NCBI RefSeq assembly: GCF_963921235.1
Contig: NC_086097.1
Location: forward strand, 71,488,001 to 71,552,000
Source: Mobula hypostoma
Taxonomy: Eukaryota
Direction: 5' to 3'
DNA length: 64,000 bases
Under the pieces are notes generated by a model that saw only the letters and a program-made list of their open reading frames with translations, made no database searches and had not been told where the DNA came from. Position 1 is the first letter of the stretch; each line of letters starts with the position of its first letter. Of the stretch, positions 1-11,941 are shown piece after piece. The position numbers were made by a program, and so were the translations under genes.

Positions 1-118
1 GTTAGGCAAGTGACAATAGCTTTTCAGTGTGGTAGAGTGAAAGACGGGGTATTTAAGGAACACACATCAAAGTTGCTGGTGAACGCAGCAGGCCAGGCAG
101 CATCTCTAGGAAGAGGTA

Positions 119-156
119 CAGTCGACGTTTCAGGCCGAGACCCTTCGTCAGGACTA
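119..156 (-). ncRNA. Minimal type-I hammerhead ribozyme in Penelope-like repeat
   Basis: Reverse complement reads UAGUC CUGACGA A GGGUCUCGGCCU GAAAC GUC GACUG: both core boxes present, stem I AGUC/GACU, GUC cleavage triplet. Confidence 0.8.
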
Positions 157-963
157 TCTGAAGGAAGAGTGAGTAAGAGATTTGAAAGTTGAAGGGGGAG
201 GGGGCAATCCAAAATGATAGGAGAAGACCAGAGGGGGAGAGATGGAGCCAAGAGCTGGACAGGTACTTGGCAAAAGGGATACGACAGGATCATGGGACAG
301 GAGGTCCAGGAAGAAAGACGGGGGGGGGGGAACCCAGAGGATGGGCAAGAGATATATTCAGAGGGACAGAGGGAGAAGAAGGAGAGTGAGAGAAAGAATG
401 TGTGTATAAAAGTAAGTAACAGATGGGGTACGAGGGGGAGGTGGGGCATTAGCGGAAGTTAGAGAAGTCGATGTTCATGCCATGAGGTTGGAGGGCTCCA
501 GCTTCCTCTCACCCCAACCCTCCCCTCTCCATTGACACCCCCAGCCTTCCCCCTCCCCCCTCTGATCCCAGCTCTCATCCGTGCCAGGTCTTTACCATCC
601 CCACTGACCTTCAACTGTTGGAGGCAGAATGCTCTGTCCTCAGTAAGGGCCTCACCTTTGTCCCCCTTCGCCCACACCTCAGCGAGTTCTGCATTCGCCA
701 TGATGCGGAACTCTTCTTCCGCCGTCTCCGTCTCCGAGCCTACTTCTTCTCTGTCCCTCTGAATATAGCCCTTGCCCATCCTCTGGGTTCCCCTCCCCCC
801 CGTCTTTCTTCCCGGACCTCTGTCCCATGATCCTCTCGTATCCCATTTGCCAATCACCTGTCCAGCTCTTGGCTCCATCCCTCCCCCTCCTGTCTTCTCC
901 TATCATTTTGGATCGCCCCCTCCCCCTCCAACTTTCAAATCTCTTACTCACTCTTCCTTTAGT

Positions 964-1001
964 TAGTCCTGATGAAGGGTCTCGGCCTGAAACGTCGACT
1001 G
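964..1001 (+). ncRNA. Minimal type-I hammerhead ribozyme in Penelope-like repeat
   Basis: TAGTC CTGATGA A GGGTCTCGGCCT GAAAC GTC GACTG: canonical CUGAUGA/GAAA core, stem I AGUC/GACU. Confidence 0.8.
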
Positions 1002-1390
1002 CACCTCTTCCTAGAGATGCTGCCTGGCCTGCTGCATTCACCAGCAACTTTGATGTGTGTTGCTTGAATTTCCAGCATCTGCAGAATTCCTGTTGTTTGT
1101 GTATTTAAGGAAAGTGGCTTCCTGACAATGCCTTTAAACTGGCCCACCCATAATTGTGTAATTGTTATATATGCTATTAACCATGGCCAACATTGCTTTG
1201 TCATAACTCCTTCATGTATCTCTATATTAATATACTTCGACAGTCCTTGTGTAGACTGTCAAAAACCCAGAGTTTGTTATTGATCTACCGATTCGACAGT
1301 TAATGAATTCTTGCCCACTGCACAATGAGAAGGAAGCAACATCTAATGTATGCAATTTCCATCTACATGGTGGCTATGTATTTAGTCACT

Positions 1391-1680
1391 TAGCCATACG
1401 GCGTGGAGTAGGCCCTTGTGGCCTTTCGAGACATGCGTCCCAAAAACCCCACAACCCTGATTAACCCTGATTAACCCTAACCTCATCATGGGACAATTTA
1501 CAATGACCAATTAACTCTGTCTCTGTACTGTGGGAGTAAACTGAAGCATCTGCAGAAAACACATGCATTCCATGGGGAGGACATACAGCGACCCCTTACA
1601 GGATGGTGCCGGAATTGAACCTTGAACTTCGGAATATCACAAGCTGTAATTGCATCGTGTTAACCTTTGTGCTACCTTGG
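1391..1680 (-). mobile_element. HE1/V-SINE-like tRNA-derived SINE
   Basis: Reverse B-box (GGAATTGAACC), V-domain-like core (TGTGGGAGTAAACTGAAGCATCTGCAGAAAAC..., GGACAATTTACAATGACCAATTAAC), CR1-like 3' tail (GTAGGCCCTTGTGGCC). Confidence 0.65.
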
Positions 1681-1689
1681 ATCAAGTAT

Positions 1690-2280
1690 TAATGATCTCA
1701 TAGCTGGGACTTCCAAATAACGTGGCTTGCATTCAGGAGAAGTTGTGGAGAGTGTTGCATGCTTTATACACATGCTTTGAGACGAGGAAATCTATAATAT
1801 CTTAGAGTTTTGCCATTGAGCATATGGAAATGCAGAAGATGTCTGCATACTGCACCTTGAATAGTGGCTGACCTTGGTTCTGGGGTGTACTCATCATCGC
1901 TCTGAAGCTTATATCACACCTAGAGGATGTTTGTTGGAGGCGAGGAGCGATAGTGTGGTGAGAAAGACTGCATAAAATGATAGAACAATTTTGCACCCTT
2001 GTTTAACACAGGATTTCAGTGAGACTGCTTCTGATGTAGATAAATTGGCTTGTCCTTCATTCTGGAACAAGTGTAAGATAAGACCAATTTCAGCAGGCAG
2101 CTGAGATTGAGGAGGGCGCTCCACAGTTCCACTCATTTTAAGGTATTAATGAGGTCAAAGAAGACCATGAGTTGTGGCTGGTACTACTCCCTACATTCTT
2201 CTTAGCATTGAAGAACAATGAAGATCATGCCCACTCTGTCTCAGGATGGCCAGGTAGTTCCCTTTAATCACAGTTCTTAT
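1690..2280 (-). pseudogene. Decayed RTE-clade LINE reverse transcriptase fragment
   Basis: Minus-strand peptides 'ECRE*YQPQLMVFFDL', 'SCVKQGCKIVLSFYAVF' and 'VQYADIF' resemble RTE RT motifs (EKCREQ..FIDL, GVKQGC, YADD); broken by stops and frameshifts. Confidence 0.65.
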
Positions 2281-3099
2281 TTTAGTTTTAAATCAACAAC
2301 TTGCATGTGGACAAGAACTGAACATTAAGACTTTTGATGCTGGCAGTCTTTAAAATTCTTCATCGACATTCACAGTTGCTGAACCCATCAAGTCACGCCT
2401 TTTCCCTGTAAATATATTGTAAAGGGTTTCTCAGAAGAGTAAACACATAAATAAGTCTAAGACTGCATATGTAAATACTAGTTAAATCAAACATCAATAT
2501 TGTATTTCACTGTAAAAAAACAAAAATTGTGTGAAATATAGATGACATATTTGGGTCATTGGTTGAATTGGTTCCAGTTTTTAGGTTATTGAGGAATATT
2601 GTATTCAGATATCCCAAAAATCATGATGTAAATTCATTAATTGGGGACAATAATGTAGTAAAGTATAGGGTGCAATGTTCATACTCATGTCGTCACAGAC
2701 AATTAAAGGTTTAAAAAGAAAATGGAACATACAATCAGTTGGAAGCTGCATTAAAGGAACAAAGAAACCAATCAACACAGCAGTCAAAATAAATATATTC
2801 CCAAAGTTTTACATGAGGATGATGGGGAGAGAGAGCAGGTGGAAGAAAGAGATGACAATCATCAAACAGCTCAAGATCAATTTATAGTAATTTATGGTTT
2901 TGTTACAGATAAATTTGCATTCTCTATTACAGCAAGAGTATTAAAACTACAGAACACGGCCCATGATTTCATCAGGATCATGAGAGAGACAAGAAAATAC
3001 ACTTCCTAAGGAAAACAGGTTTCTGGCATTACACAGACAGAAGGCAGCTGAATCTTCATCCCTCAAGAAACATTTGTAAAATAACTATACAGAATATTA

Positions 3100-3199
3100 G
3101 TCCTGAAGAACAGTCTCAGCCCAAAGTGTCGACTGTTTATTCAGTTCCATAGATACTGCGTGAACTGATGAATTCCTCCAGCATTTTGTGCACATTACT
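3100..3199 (+). mobile_element. 100-bp solo Penelope-like terminal repeat starting at a decayed hammerhead
   Basis: Begins GTCCTGAAGAACAGTCTCAGCCCAAAGTGTCGACTG; flanked by 10-bp direct repeat CAGAATATTA (3090-3099, 3200-3209). Confidence 0.75.
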
Positions 3200-5369
3200 C
3201 AGAATATTATCGTGTTTTTCAATATTATTGACAAAATTTATCAATTTTAATCACTGACTATTTGTTTATATCACAAGGTCTATGAGAAATTAATGGCAAA
3301 TTCACTCACAGAAAATGGGAGGATGGACAGTGCACTTGGAAATTTTGACAACTACACTCCAACCTACCATTCTCTGAAGCATGCTTCATTCAAACAATTT
3401 TGGAACTCAGTGTAAACGCAATGTAGAGATAATGGCTTCAAAGAATAAGTTCCTCAAAAACCTACAGACAATGTCTTTGAATAATATTAAAGGGCAAGCA
3501 GATAAATTATTTTCTAATACTTCCATCTGCAAATAACAGGCTACATTGAGATATTTTTGAAAGATCTGGAAATGAAATATTATAGCATTTTTCTTTTGCA
3601 TAAAAGCTAATGCTCATTTCTTTAACCATAAAGTAATTTGGGAAAGCCTGGACAGACTTAATCTCAAGCATTACTGAAAATGGAATTGGGTGATTTTGTG
3701 GCATCAGTGCGTAGAGAACACCAGCAACTTATCACCACTTCCAGGGAGGAAAGGAGTCATAACAGACTTGATCAGCCGAAATAACAATGCATGGAATATC
3801 CCAGCAAGAATGAAGAAAGAGGACACAAATGTATTTATTAATCCTCATTAAAAGCTTACAGTTGATGTGAAACACTTATCAAAAAATTGCCATGAATAAG
3901 TAAGTTAGTAAATCAGTTATTCTGATATTTTAAAATTTAAATTTAGAATAGATATATTGCATTTTTTCCTAGTTAATGAAAAAGCACCAGTTGTAGTTGC
4001 ATTTGAGCTAGTGGCAGGTTCTATCCTGTGTAATATTGATTTCTTAGTTCATGTTATCTCATCTACGCTCAATACTAATGCCTACATGTCGTAGCTCATA
4101 ACCGTGAATTTCCTGCAATCTTCTTCATCAGTGGCTTATTGATTCTTTCAGCTTCTCTTCATCTTGGATACAGTCGTGAGTTTTCGCAATGGTTGGGCAA
4201 GATGTAACCAAACCGTGCTAAGTGATCCTTGTTTGGAGGAAAAAGTTATGGGGTAAATATGAATTAATATATTTTAAACATTCTGTGAGAAGTGAGTCAA
4301 TAAAAGGGAGGGGTGGCCGTTATAGATTATTGAAGTAAATTGCTAATGTAGTTCCTTAAAGTTGTTACAGATGTTTAAAATTATTTTGTGAGATTCACAA
4401 TTACAAATTGATCTGTCTGAAAGTTATTGATGTTACACAATGACAATAAGCTGCTAGTCTGAAATAGCCCAGCAGGGGCTCCTGTGTGTTTGCTAAACTC
4501 CCATGATTCCAGGTGGATAATTGGCCTGCGAAGTTTACATTAAAAACTGATTCATTTGCTTTGTATCTCCACTGGCAGAAACCAGGCTTACAACACTTAG
4601 TGCAAAAGCCCCGCTAACAATGCAGCTTCACAATTCTCTTAAAACAGAGTTTATATTTTCAGGTGCTTTATGGAAAATCCATTTACCAGTACCTCATTAA
4701 AAGGATGAAGGTTACAGTATAGGTTTGTTTGAAACAGAACAATTCTGACAAGTGAAAAGGCTTAATATGTTGCTCTGGGTATTGAAAACAGTGTGGCAAA
4801 ATCCCCTGTGAGTTTAATCATCTGCTTCTTTTTCTTCACAGGTTCCCATCACCCATTAGAATTGGAGATCCAGCTGCAAGCTGATGCTGATTACAATTCC
4901 AAAAGATTCAAGAGCACGGTAATTGTTTTGTTCAACAAGTCAATTAATTTTGGTTAATTTTAACAAACTTTACCAAATATCCTGTTGTTCTAATAATCAA
5001 ATATCCGGGCTGTAAATTCTGAAAAAAAAAACCAGCAAGAATCCCTGCTGAAGATATACTTCAATTTCAACCATAATCACTTCTGTAAATTAAAATTTGC
5101 TGTGAGACTACAATTAAGCTACCAGAAATCATAATATGAAATAGAAAGTTGTTAATGAAACTAAAAAAAAATTCTGTAGAAAAATAGCAAAACATTGCCA
5201 CAGATTTGGAAAGAACAGAAACTATTTTTATTATCTGATTTTATAGCTCTTTAAAAACTGAACGAACCGTAGAAGGTTTCTCTTGATTATATTTCAAAAC
5301 ATTGCATTTGAAGACATTAAAATAAAATGTTGCTGGCAAGTTCAGGTGCTTATTCCCATCCCTAATTAG

Positions 5370-5560
5370 GAACAATTCACAATGGTCAATTAACCCACCA
5401 AACCGCATGTCTTTAAGAAGTGGGAGGAAAGAAGAGCACCTGGAGGAAAAAAATAATATGGTCAGAGGTAGAACGTGAAAACTCCACACAGACAGCCCCT
5501 GTGGTCAGAATTGAACCTGAGTCTCCACTGCAAGCAGCAGCTGTACTAGCTGCACACATC
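5370..5560 (-). mobile_element. HE1/V-SINE-like SINE
   Basis: CAATTCACAATGGTCAATTAACCCACC...GTGGGAGGAAAGAAGAGCACCTGGAGGAAA...AACTCCACACAGACAGC...AGAATTGAACCTG, similar to 1391-1680. Confidence 0.65.
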
Positions 5561-5916
5561 CTGCCAATATATTTATAATCAGTGACAGCTTTTCTTTAAG
5601 TTTTTCCTCAGTTTAAAAAGTCAGCATTCATTATTTTAAATCACAATTCATTTCTTCATCCACAAAAACTGCAATAAAGATTGTTTGCATATACTCTTGT
5701 CGATTTAGAAGCAGAAGTTAAGTACCCAAGTTAAACCATAAACCAGTTTTGTTCAAGGTGTGGTCCTGCTCCACCCCTTCACCTCCTGCCTGCTATGTTC
5801 TGAATAAGGCCTCAGGCATTGAGGGATGAAAAACAAGCCAGTTGTGCAAAAATCTACACCAATCTAACTGTGCCACTGTGCAGCTAGCAGTAGAAATGAA
5901 TCGGGCTGCATTCACC

Positions 5917-6513
5917 TGGTCAGGCAGCATCTATGGAGAGGAATAAATTGTCAACACTTCCGGCTGAGCACCTTCACCAGGACTAAAAAAGAAGGGGGAA
6001 GCAGCCAGAATAATAAATTGGGGGAAGGGAAGGAAAACAAGCTGGCAGGTGACAGGTGAAGCCAGGTGAGAGGAAAGCTGGGCAGGTGAAGGGGAATGAA
6101 GTGAGAAGCTGGGAGGTAATAGGTGGAAAGGTGAAGGGCTGATGATGAAGGAATCTGATAGGAGAGAAGAATGAACTATGCCAGGAAAGGAAGGAGAAGG
6201 GCCACTAAAGAGAGGTAATGGGCAGGTGAGGAGAAGAAAGGGTTGAGAGGGCAGTCAGAACGGGGAAAAGAAAAAGAGAGAAGGAACAGGTGGGAGAAAT
6301 TACTGGAAGATAGAGAAATTGGTGTTCATGGTGTCAAGTTGGAGGCTACACAGATGGAATATGAGGTGTTGCCTCTCCTCCAACCTGAGAGTGGCCTCAT
6401 CCTAGCAGCAAAGGAGGCCACGGCCATGTTGGAATGAGAAGGGGAAGTAGAATTAATAAATCTCGCCTATTGTACAGGATGGAGCAAAGATGCTTGATGA
6501 AGCCGTCTCCTCA
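5917..6513 (-). mobile_element. Penelope-like 3' fragment
   Basis: GTCAGGCAGCATCTATGGAG, decayed hammerhead and purine-rich tract, followed by endonuclease-region sequence similar to 17523-18715. A short opposite-orientation arm lies at ~7430-7522. Confidence 0.7.
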
Positions 6514-7365
6514 TCAGAATTAGAATCAGTTTCATTGCCACTGGCATGTGTCGTGAAATTTGTTAACTTAGCAGTAGTAGTACAATGCAATACATGATAT
6601 ATAGAAAGAAAAAACTTAATAAATAAATCAATTACAGTAAGTGTACATATGTATGTTGAATAGATTAAAAATAGTGCAAAAACAGAAATAATATATATTA
6701 AAAAAAGAGTGAGCTAGCGTTCATGGGTTCAAAGTACATTCAGAAATCAGATGGCAGAGTGTAAGAAGCTGTTCCTGAATTGTTGTGAGTGCGCCTTCAG
6801 GCTTCTGTACCTCCTTCCTAATGGTAACAATGAGAAGAGGTGATGAGGTTCCTTAATAATGGACATTGTCTCTCTAAGGCACTACTCCTTGAAGATGTTT
6901 TGAGTACTACGAAGGCTAGTACCCAAGATGGATCTGACTAATTTTAAAATGTCCTGTAGCTTCTCTCTGCCCCTTGCAGTAGTTCCCTCATACCAGACAA
7001 TGAGGCAGCCTGTCTGAATACTCTCCACGGTACATCTATAGAAGTTTTCGAGTGTTTTAGTTGACAAACCAAATCTCTTCAAACTCCTAATGAAATATAG
7101 CCACTGTTTTGCCTTCTTCATAGCAGCATCAATATGTTGAGATCATGTTAGATCCTCAGAGATCTTTGCACCCAGGAACTTGAAATTGCTTATTTCATCC
7201 CCTTCTGGTCCCTCAATGAGGATTGGTATGTGTTTCTTCGTCTTACCCTTCTTGAAGTCCACAATCAGCTCTTTCATCTTACTGAAATTGAGTGCAAGGT
7301 TGTTGCTACAACACCACTCAACTAACTGGTATACCCTATACACCCTCTCATCTCCATCTGAGATT
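6514..7365 (-). mobile_element. Rex1-clade LINE 3' fragment
   Basis: Peptides 'QLVEWCCSNNLALNFSKMKELIVDFKK', 'FKFLGAKISEDLT', 'KKAKQWLYFIRSLKRFG...NFYRCTVESI'; (ATTCTG)n-type tail at 6514-6529. Confidence 0.8.
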
Positions 7366-9049
7366 TACAAAAACTAATCAACATACACCCCCCAACCACA
7401 TCTGTTTCCATTTCCCATTCTGGCTCCTCTCTTACCCCTTCTCTTCTCTTTACCTGCCTATCACCTCCTTTGGTTCCCTCCTCCTTCCCTTTCTAAGGAG
7501 GTTCTGCAGATTCTCTTGTGAAAATAACAACAAACATCCTTGAGGTGGAATAACCTGATAGCTTTGATATCTTCATCACAGACCAGGTAAGGACGTCACC
7601 TTTAACTCACACAGAAACATACTTCAACTAATTAAGGCCTGTTTCAGTGTGTGTGACATGTTCTGTGGAAAGTGTTGACAGAACATGTTCCAGGTGCCTG
7701 CAGTTTCCTTGCAAATTCATGAAGGAGTCAAGACAACTTTTCAAAGCTGCATGACCTGCAGACACACACAAACACAAACAGGAGCTAATCATTTTTAAAA
7801 ACTTGATTTTAGATTAAATTTGTCATAGAACAACACAATAATGGAATTAAACAAATGAAAATCCATTCTTTACAGTGATGATAATGCTCAATTTTAAAGG
7901 ACTCACGAGCAATGAATATTTAGGATAAAGGTAAACACAACTTTTTCTTCCTGTCTCAAAATTACATGGATTAGAATGATATTGGTTCATACAGTCAGTA
8001 AATTCTTTGCTCTTTCCAGTAAAAAAAACTTATATTATAGCAGATAATCCGATAGAACATTTATTTGCAAGTCCTAAAGAAATTTGTGAATGACCTTTTC
8101 CATGCTAAATAAAACCATTTCTTTCCATTGCCAAAGAACACAAGGAAACTTAAGGAATAGAGGATAAGGAAAGATCGCATTGTCCATCAAGCCCATTCTT
8201 TCCACTACCATCCACTCTTCCCTATCTCCAATTCTATACCACTTATACAATCCTGAGAGAGAATGTGCTGTGAAGAATTCTCCTTGGTATCCATTTACAC
8301 AAGCTTCTTAGCTCACTTGGCAACACCTTTGCCTTGAATCATTAGATCTGAGTACAAGAAAAACTTAAAGAGTTAAATACAGGGATAATTTTCCTATCTG
8401 TAAGGATCTCAGGTGCATTTGTTCATGTGATGTTATAATTCTTTTAACCTTTATTTCATCTGGAGCGTGGAAGCGCTACTTTGCTCATGTATAACATATT
8501 TTTAGGCATTCTGTGGTGAAATGGGCAGAATCATACAGTCCCACAAGTACAAGAAATGGATTAATTCAGCAATGTTCTGAAAGATTCTTTTTTTTTTGAT
8601 GGTATGTTTGACTTGCTCACTGCCATTCATGGACCTGCACCCAATGTCACAATTACTGGCACTATTAGTAAGCAGACAGAGAAATTATTTAGCTGTGGTG
8701 CTTAGAGAACTACTGAAGGAATTCCACAGAAGTGAACGGAACATGAGATGCACCACACCCATAGCAACACCTGCACACCTGCCTTGGCAGACAGATGATC
8801 ACACTTTGCTCCGTCTAACAGATGATTTCATTTTCCTTACAGGTTAGTGGTGCGGCTGGAATGTGTTTTGCCAGGATCTCTCAGGATAATGTAATAATCC
8901 CAACCTTAGGTAGTGGCAGCAGATCTAGTGTCATGAATACAGGTTGCGGTCAGTGGCTCTACAGAAGCAAACTAATTGCAGTAATTTAGCGTGCTTTCTC
9001 TGGCACTGCATAAAGACAAGTAAAATGATCGATAGAAATCAGAAGCATT

Positions 9050-10490
9050 TCAGGAGCGATGACACACTAGTGGAATGGATGGATAAATGGCAAACAAAAT
9101 TTAATGCAAAGAAACGCAAAGTGTTACATAGGTCGGAAGAACAAAAATAATTAACGTAAATAAGAGGAAACACTTTAAAGGGGATAGAAAAATTGAGTTG
9201 ATTGGGGATATCCATAAATAGCCAATTCAAAGTACTAGGACAAGCTGGAAAAGTGGCTGAGAAAGTATTTGCACTTTAGAAATAGAAGCATAGAGTATAA
9301 GGTCAAGGAACTCTTGATGATTGTTTGTAAAACCCTGGTTAAACTACAACTGCAGTGTTGGATCAGGGTGGTGCTTTAGAAAAGAAAGGAAGGCTTTAGG
9401 AACATAACAAAATCTGCAGATGCTGGAAATCCGAGCAACACACACAAAATGCTGGAGGAACTCAGCTGGCTAGGCAGCATCTATGGAAAAAAAAGTACAT
9501 TTGACGTTTCGGGCCATGGATGGACATATCAGAATAGGAATGGGAAGTGGAATTAAAGTGGGTGGCCACTGGGAGATCCCACTTGTTTTGGCAGATGGAG
9601 CGTAAATGCTCGATGAAGCAGTCTCCCAATCTGTCAAGTCTCATCGATATACAGGAGACCACACAGAGAGCACTGAACACAGTAAATGGCCCCAGCAGAC
9701 TCACAGGTTGAGTGTCGCCTCAGCTGGAAGGACTGTTTAGGGCCCTGAATGGTAGTGAGGGAGGAGGTGTTAGGGGCAGGTGTAGCACTTGTTCCACTTG
9801 CAAGGATAAGTGCCAGGGCGGAGATCAGTAGGGAGGGATGAATGGACAAGGGAGTCACGTAGGGAGCGATCCACGTAGAAAGTGGGGGGGAGGGAGGAGG
9901 GAAAGATGAGCTTGGTGTTGATATCCTGTTAGAGGTGGTGGATGTTTTGGAGAATTATGTACTGGATGCGGAGGCTGGTAGGGTGGTAGATGAGGACAAG
10001 GGGAACCCTATCCCTGGTAGGGTGGAGAGAGGATGGGGTAAGAGCAGACATGCATGAAATGGAAGAGGTGCAATTGCGGGCAGCGCTGATGGTGAAGGAA
10101 GGGAAGCCCCTTCTTCGAAAAAGTAGGACTCCTCCTTCGTTGCAACAGGAGGACAAAACAGAATGAAGAAAACATTTACTGAAAGGATTACTGGAATGAA
10201 CGACATTGGCAATGTGGATAGACTGGAAAATCTGGGGCTGTTCTCTTTGGAATACAGGAAGCTGATAGGGAATGTAAACCCTTGAGGATGTGGAGAGGAG
10301 GCAGAGATGTTTTTAGAACTATAGGACATATAAAAAGTGTTACTGGATAAAAGGACTAAAAGTGATATCAGGAAAAAAATTTTAAACAGCAAGTTGTCAG
10401 GAGCAGCAGTGGAAGCAGCTTTTGTTATATTTTTCAACACAAACTTGGTGGACTGAACAGCCTTCATTTGTAATCATTCTGTGACTCCAT
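9050..10490 (+). mobile_element. Old CR1 3' fragment split by a Penelope-like insertion
   Basis: 'LVEWMDKWQTKFNAKK' and TATAAAACCCTGGTT-like motifs at 9050-9400; CR1 sequence resumes at ~10150-10490. Confidence 0.6.
9400..10140 (-). mobile_element. Penelope-like element fragment (GIY-YIG endonuclease region)
   Basis: Peptides 'CESAGAIYCVQCSLCGLLYIDET', 'LGDCFIEHLRSI...DLPVATHFNS', 'DRVPLVLIYHP'; terminal repeat at ~9400-9515. Confidence 0.8.
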
Positions 10491-10758
10491 CCAGTAATTA
10501 GACAAAGACATTTCTGGATATCTCCAATTAGTGGGAAAGCAAGACAAATCTTCCCAAAGCAGTGCGAAGCAAAACAAGAATTAATATCATGCCCTTCGGT
10601 GGCTTTATATAAAACACCAAATGAGTGTTCTTGGAATGCAGCAAGAATCTGCTAATTAGTTATCTTAATGACCACTTCAAAAATGAACTCTCACTTTAAA
10701 CCCTTCAAATTTGGTTAAAACGCATTCCAAGCAGTAAAGTAGTAATTCAAGGCATCAC

Positions 10759-10783
10759 ATATATATATATATATATATATATA
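10759..10783. repeat. (AT)n microsatellite
   Basis: About 12 perfect AT units. Confidence 0.95.
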
Positions 10784-11941
10784 GACTGCATAATTTGAAA
10801 GCTTGCAATGGGCTGGAGCTGAGTTCCAGAAAATTAAGACTGGAGTAAGTGTGATACATTAAGGATAAAGAGAACGAGGCACAGAGATAGAAAAAGAGCA
10901 AGATTGTAAGCAACAACAAGGAAATGAGAACGGAATAAAAATAAATGTGTTGAATAACTAAAGCTAGAAAGAATAATAGTGGTACAGGTAAAAACATTGA
11001 ATAAAGCTAGAAATAATGATAGAGTAACAATAGAAACAGAGAAAGTACAAAACTCAAACAAGAGGAGATAAGAAAAGTAACATTTTCATAGATGAATAAA
11101 TAGGAAAAGTAGCAAATAGAGGCTGGAGCATGCTGACAAACTGTCATCAACAGAGGCAAAGAAAAATGAGAGAGATTAAGACAGCAGGACATTGAGGTAG
11201 TGAGATGAAATGCTGTCTCTGACCTACTGATCTCCATACTCTCTGGTTTTATTTTGATTTCTAAAGGAGTTGGTGTTATACATATAATTAATTGCTGTAA
11301 TGCGAAGACAGGCAACTATTGTGCAAGATCCTGTGCTCAAATCCCTAAACAAAGTAAAGTTTATTGTAATCTAAACCAAAAACAGCAAATGCTAAAAGGC
11401 TTAAATAAGAACAGAGAATGTTGGAAACACTCAGTAGGTCAGGCAGCACCTGTGGGTAGAGAGAGTTATTGTCTTCTTTGGAACTGGGAGGAAGGGGATA
11501 AAGTTGGTATTGAGTTGCAGAGAGTGGGGAAGTATAGAGTAAACAAAGGTAATATCTCTATTACAATCTGGGATGCTGATTACCATGGGGATAAATCGAG
11601 GATTAATTTATAATTTGTGTGACTTCATGAGGAAAATTAGAGAGATAACATGAAAAAAATGAATGCAAAAGCTATGAAATAAGGTCAAAGAGGGAGAGTG
11701 AAAGAACACATGATGTCTCATGTAAACTATAAAGTGTGGAGTGGTAAGAAATAACCAGCAGGTCAGACTGTGCTAACGGAGGGGGAGCAAAAGTATGCTG
11801 TTATTACGATGGACAAATGTCAGCAGAACCGGTCAATTCTGATACAAAAGGGAGCTAGCTGAGGAAACTGGTGTTGAATCCAAAAGGCTGAAACGTACCC
11901 AAGTGGAAAGTAAGAAGCCATTCCTCAGTTTAGTTTTTACA

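Larger units (their letters stand above)
61..1100. mobile_element. Internally deleted Penelope-like element with inverted arms (arm ~61-498 on minus; ~499-1100 on plus)
   Basis: 61-~380 is the near-identical reverse complement of ~748-1058. A 12-bp direct repeat GTATTTAAGGAA flanks it (49-60 and 1101-1112). The middle encodes a PLE RT N-terminal-like peptide (VLSKGLTFVP...ELFFRRLRLRAYFF, ORF 618-830) joined directly to the 3' repeat. Confidence 0.85.

Noticed and set aside
10..1204. Dense overlapping ORFs, with the recurring peptide SPDEGSRPETST...DAAWPAAF
   Set aside because: These are translations of the non-coding Penelope repeat and low-complexity tracts; the recurrence reflects the ribozyme-containing repeat, not a protein family.
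1453..1482. AACCCTGATTAACCCTGATTAACCCTAACC, telomere-like
   Set aside because: Only one true CCCTAA unit; it is a short duplication inside a SINE, not an interstitial telomere array.
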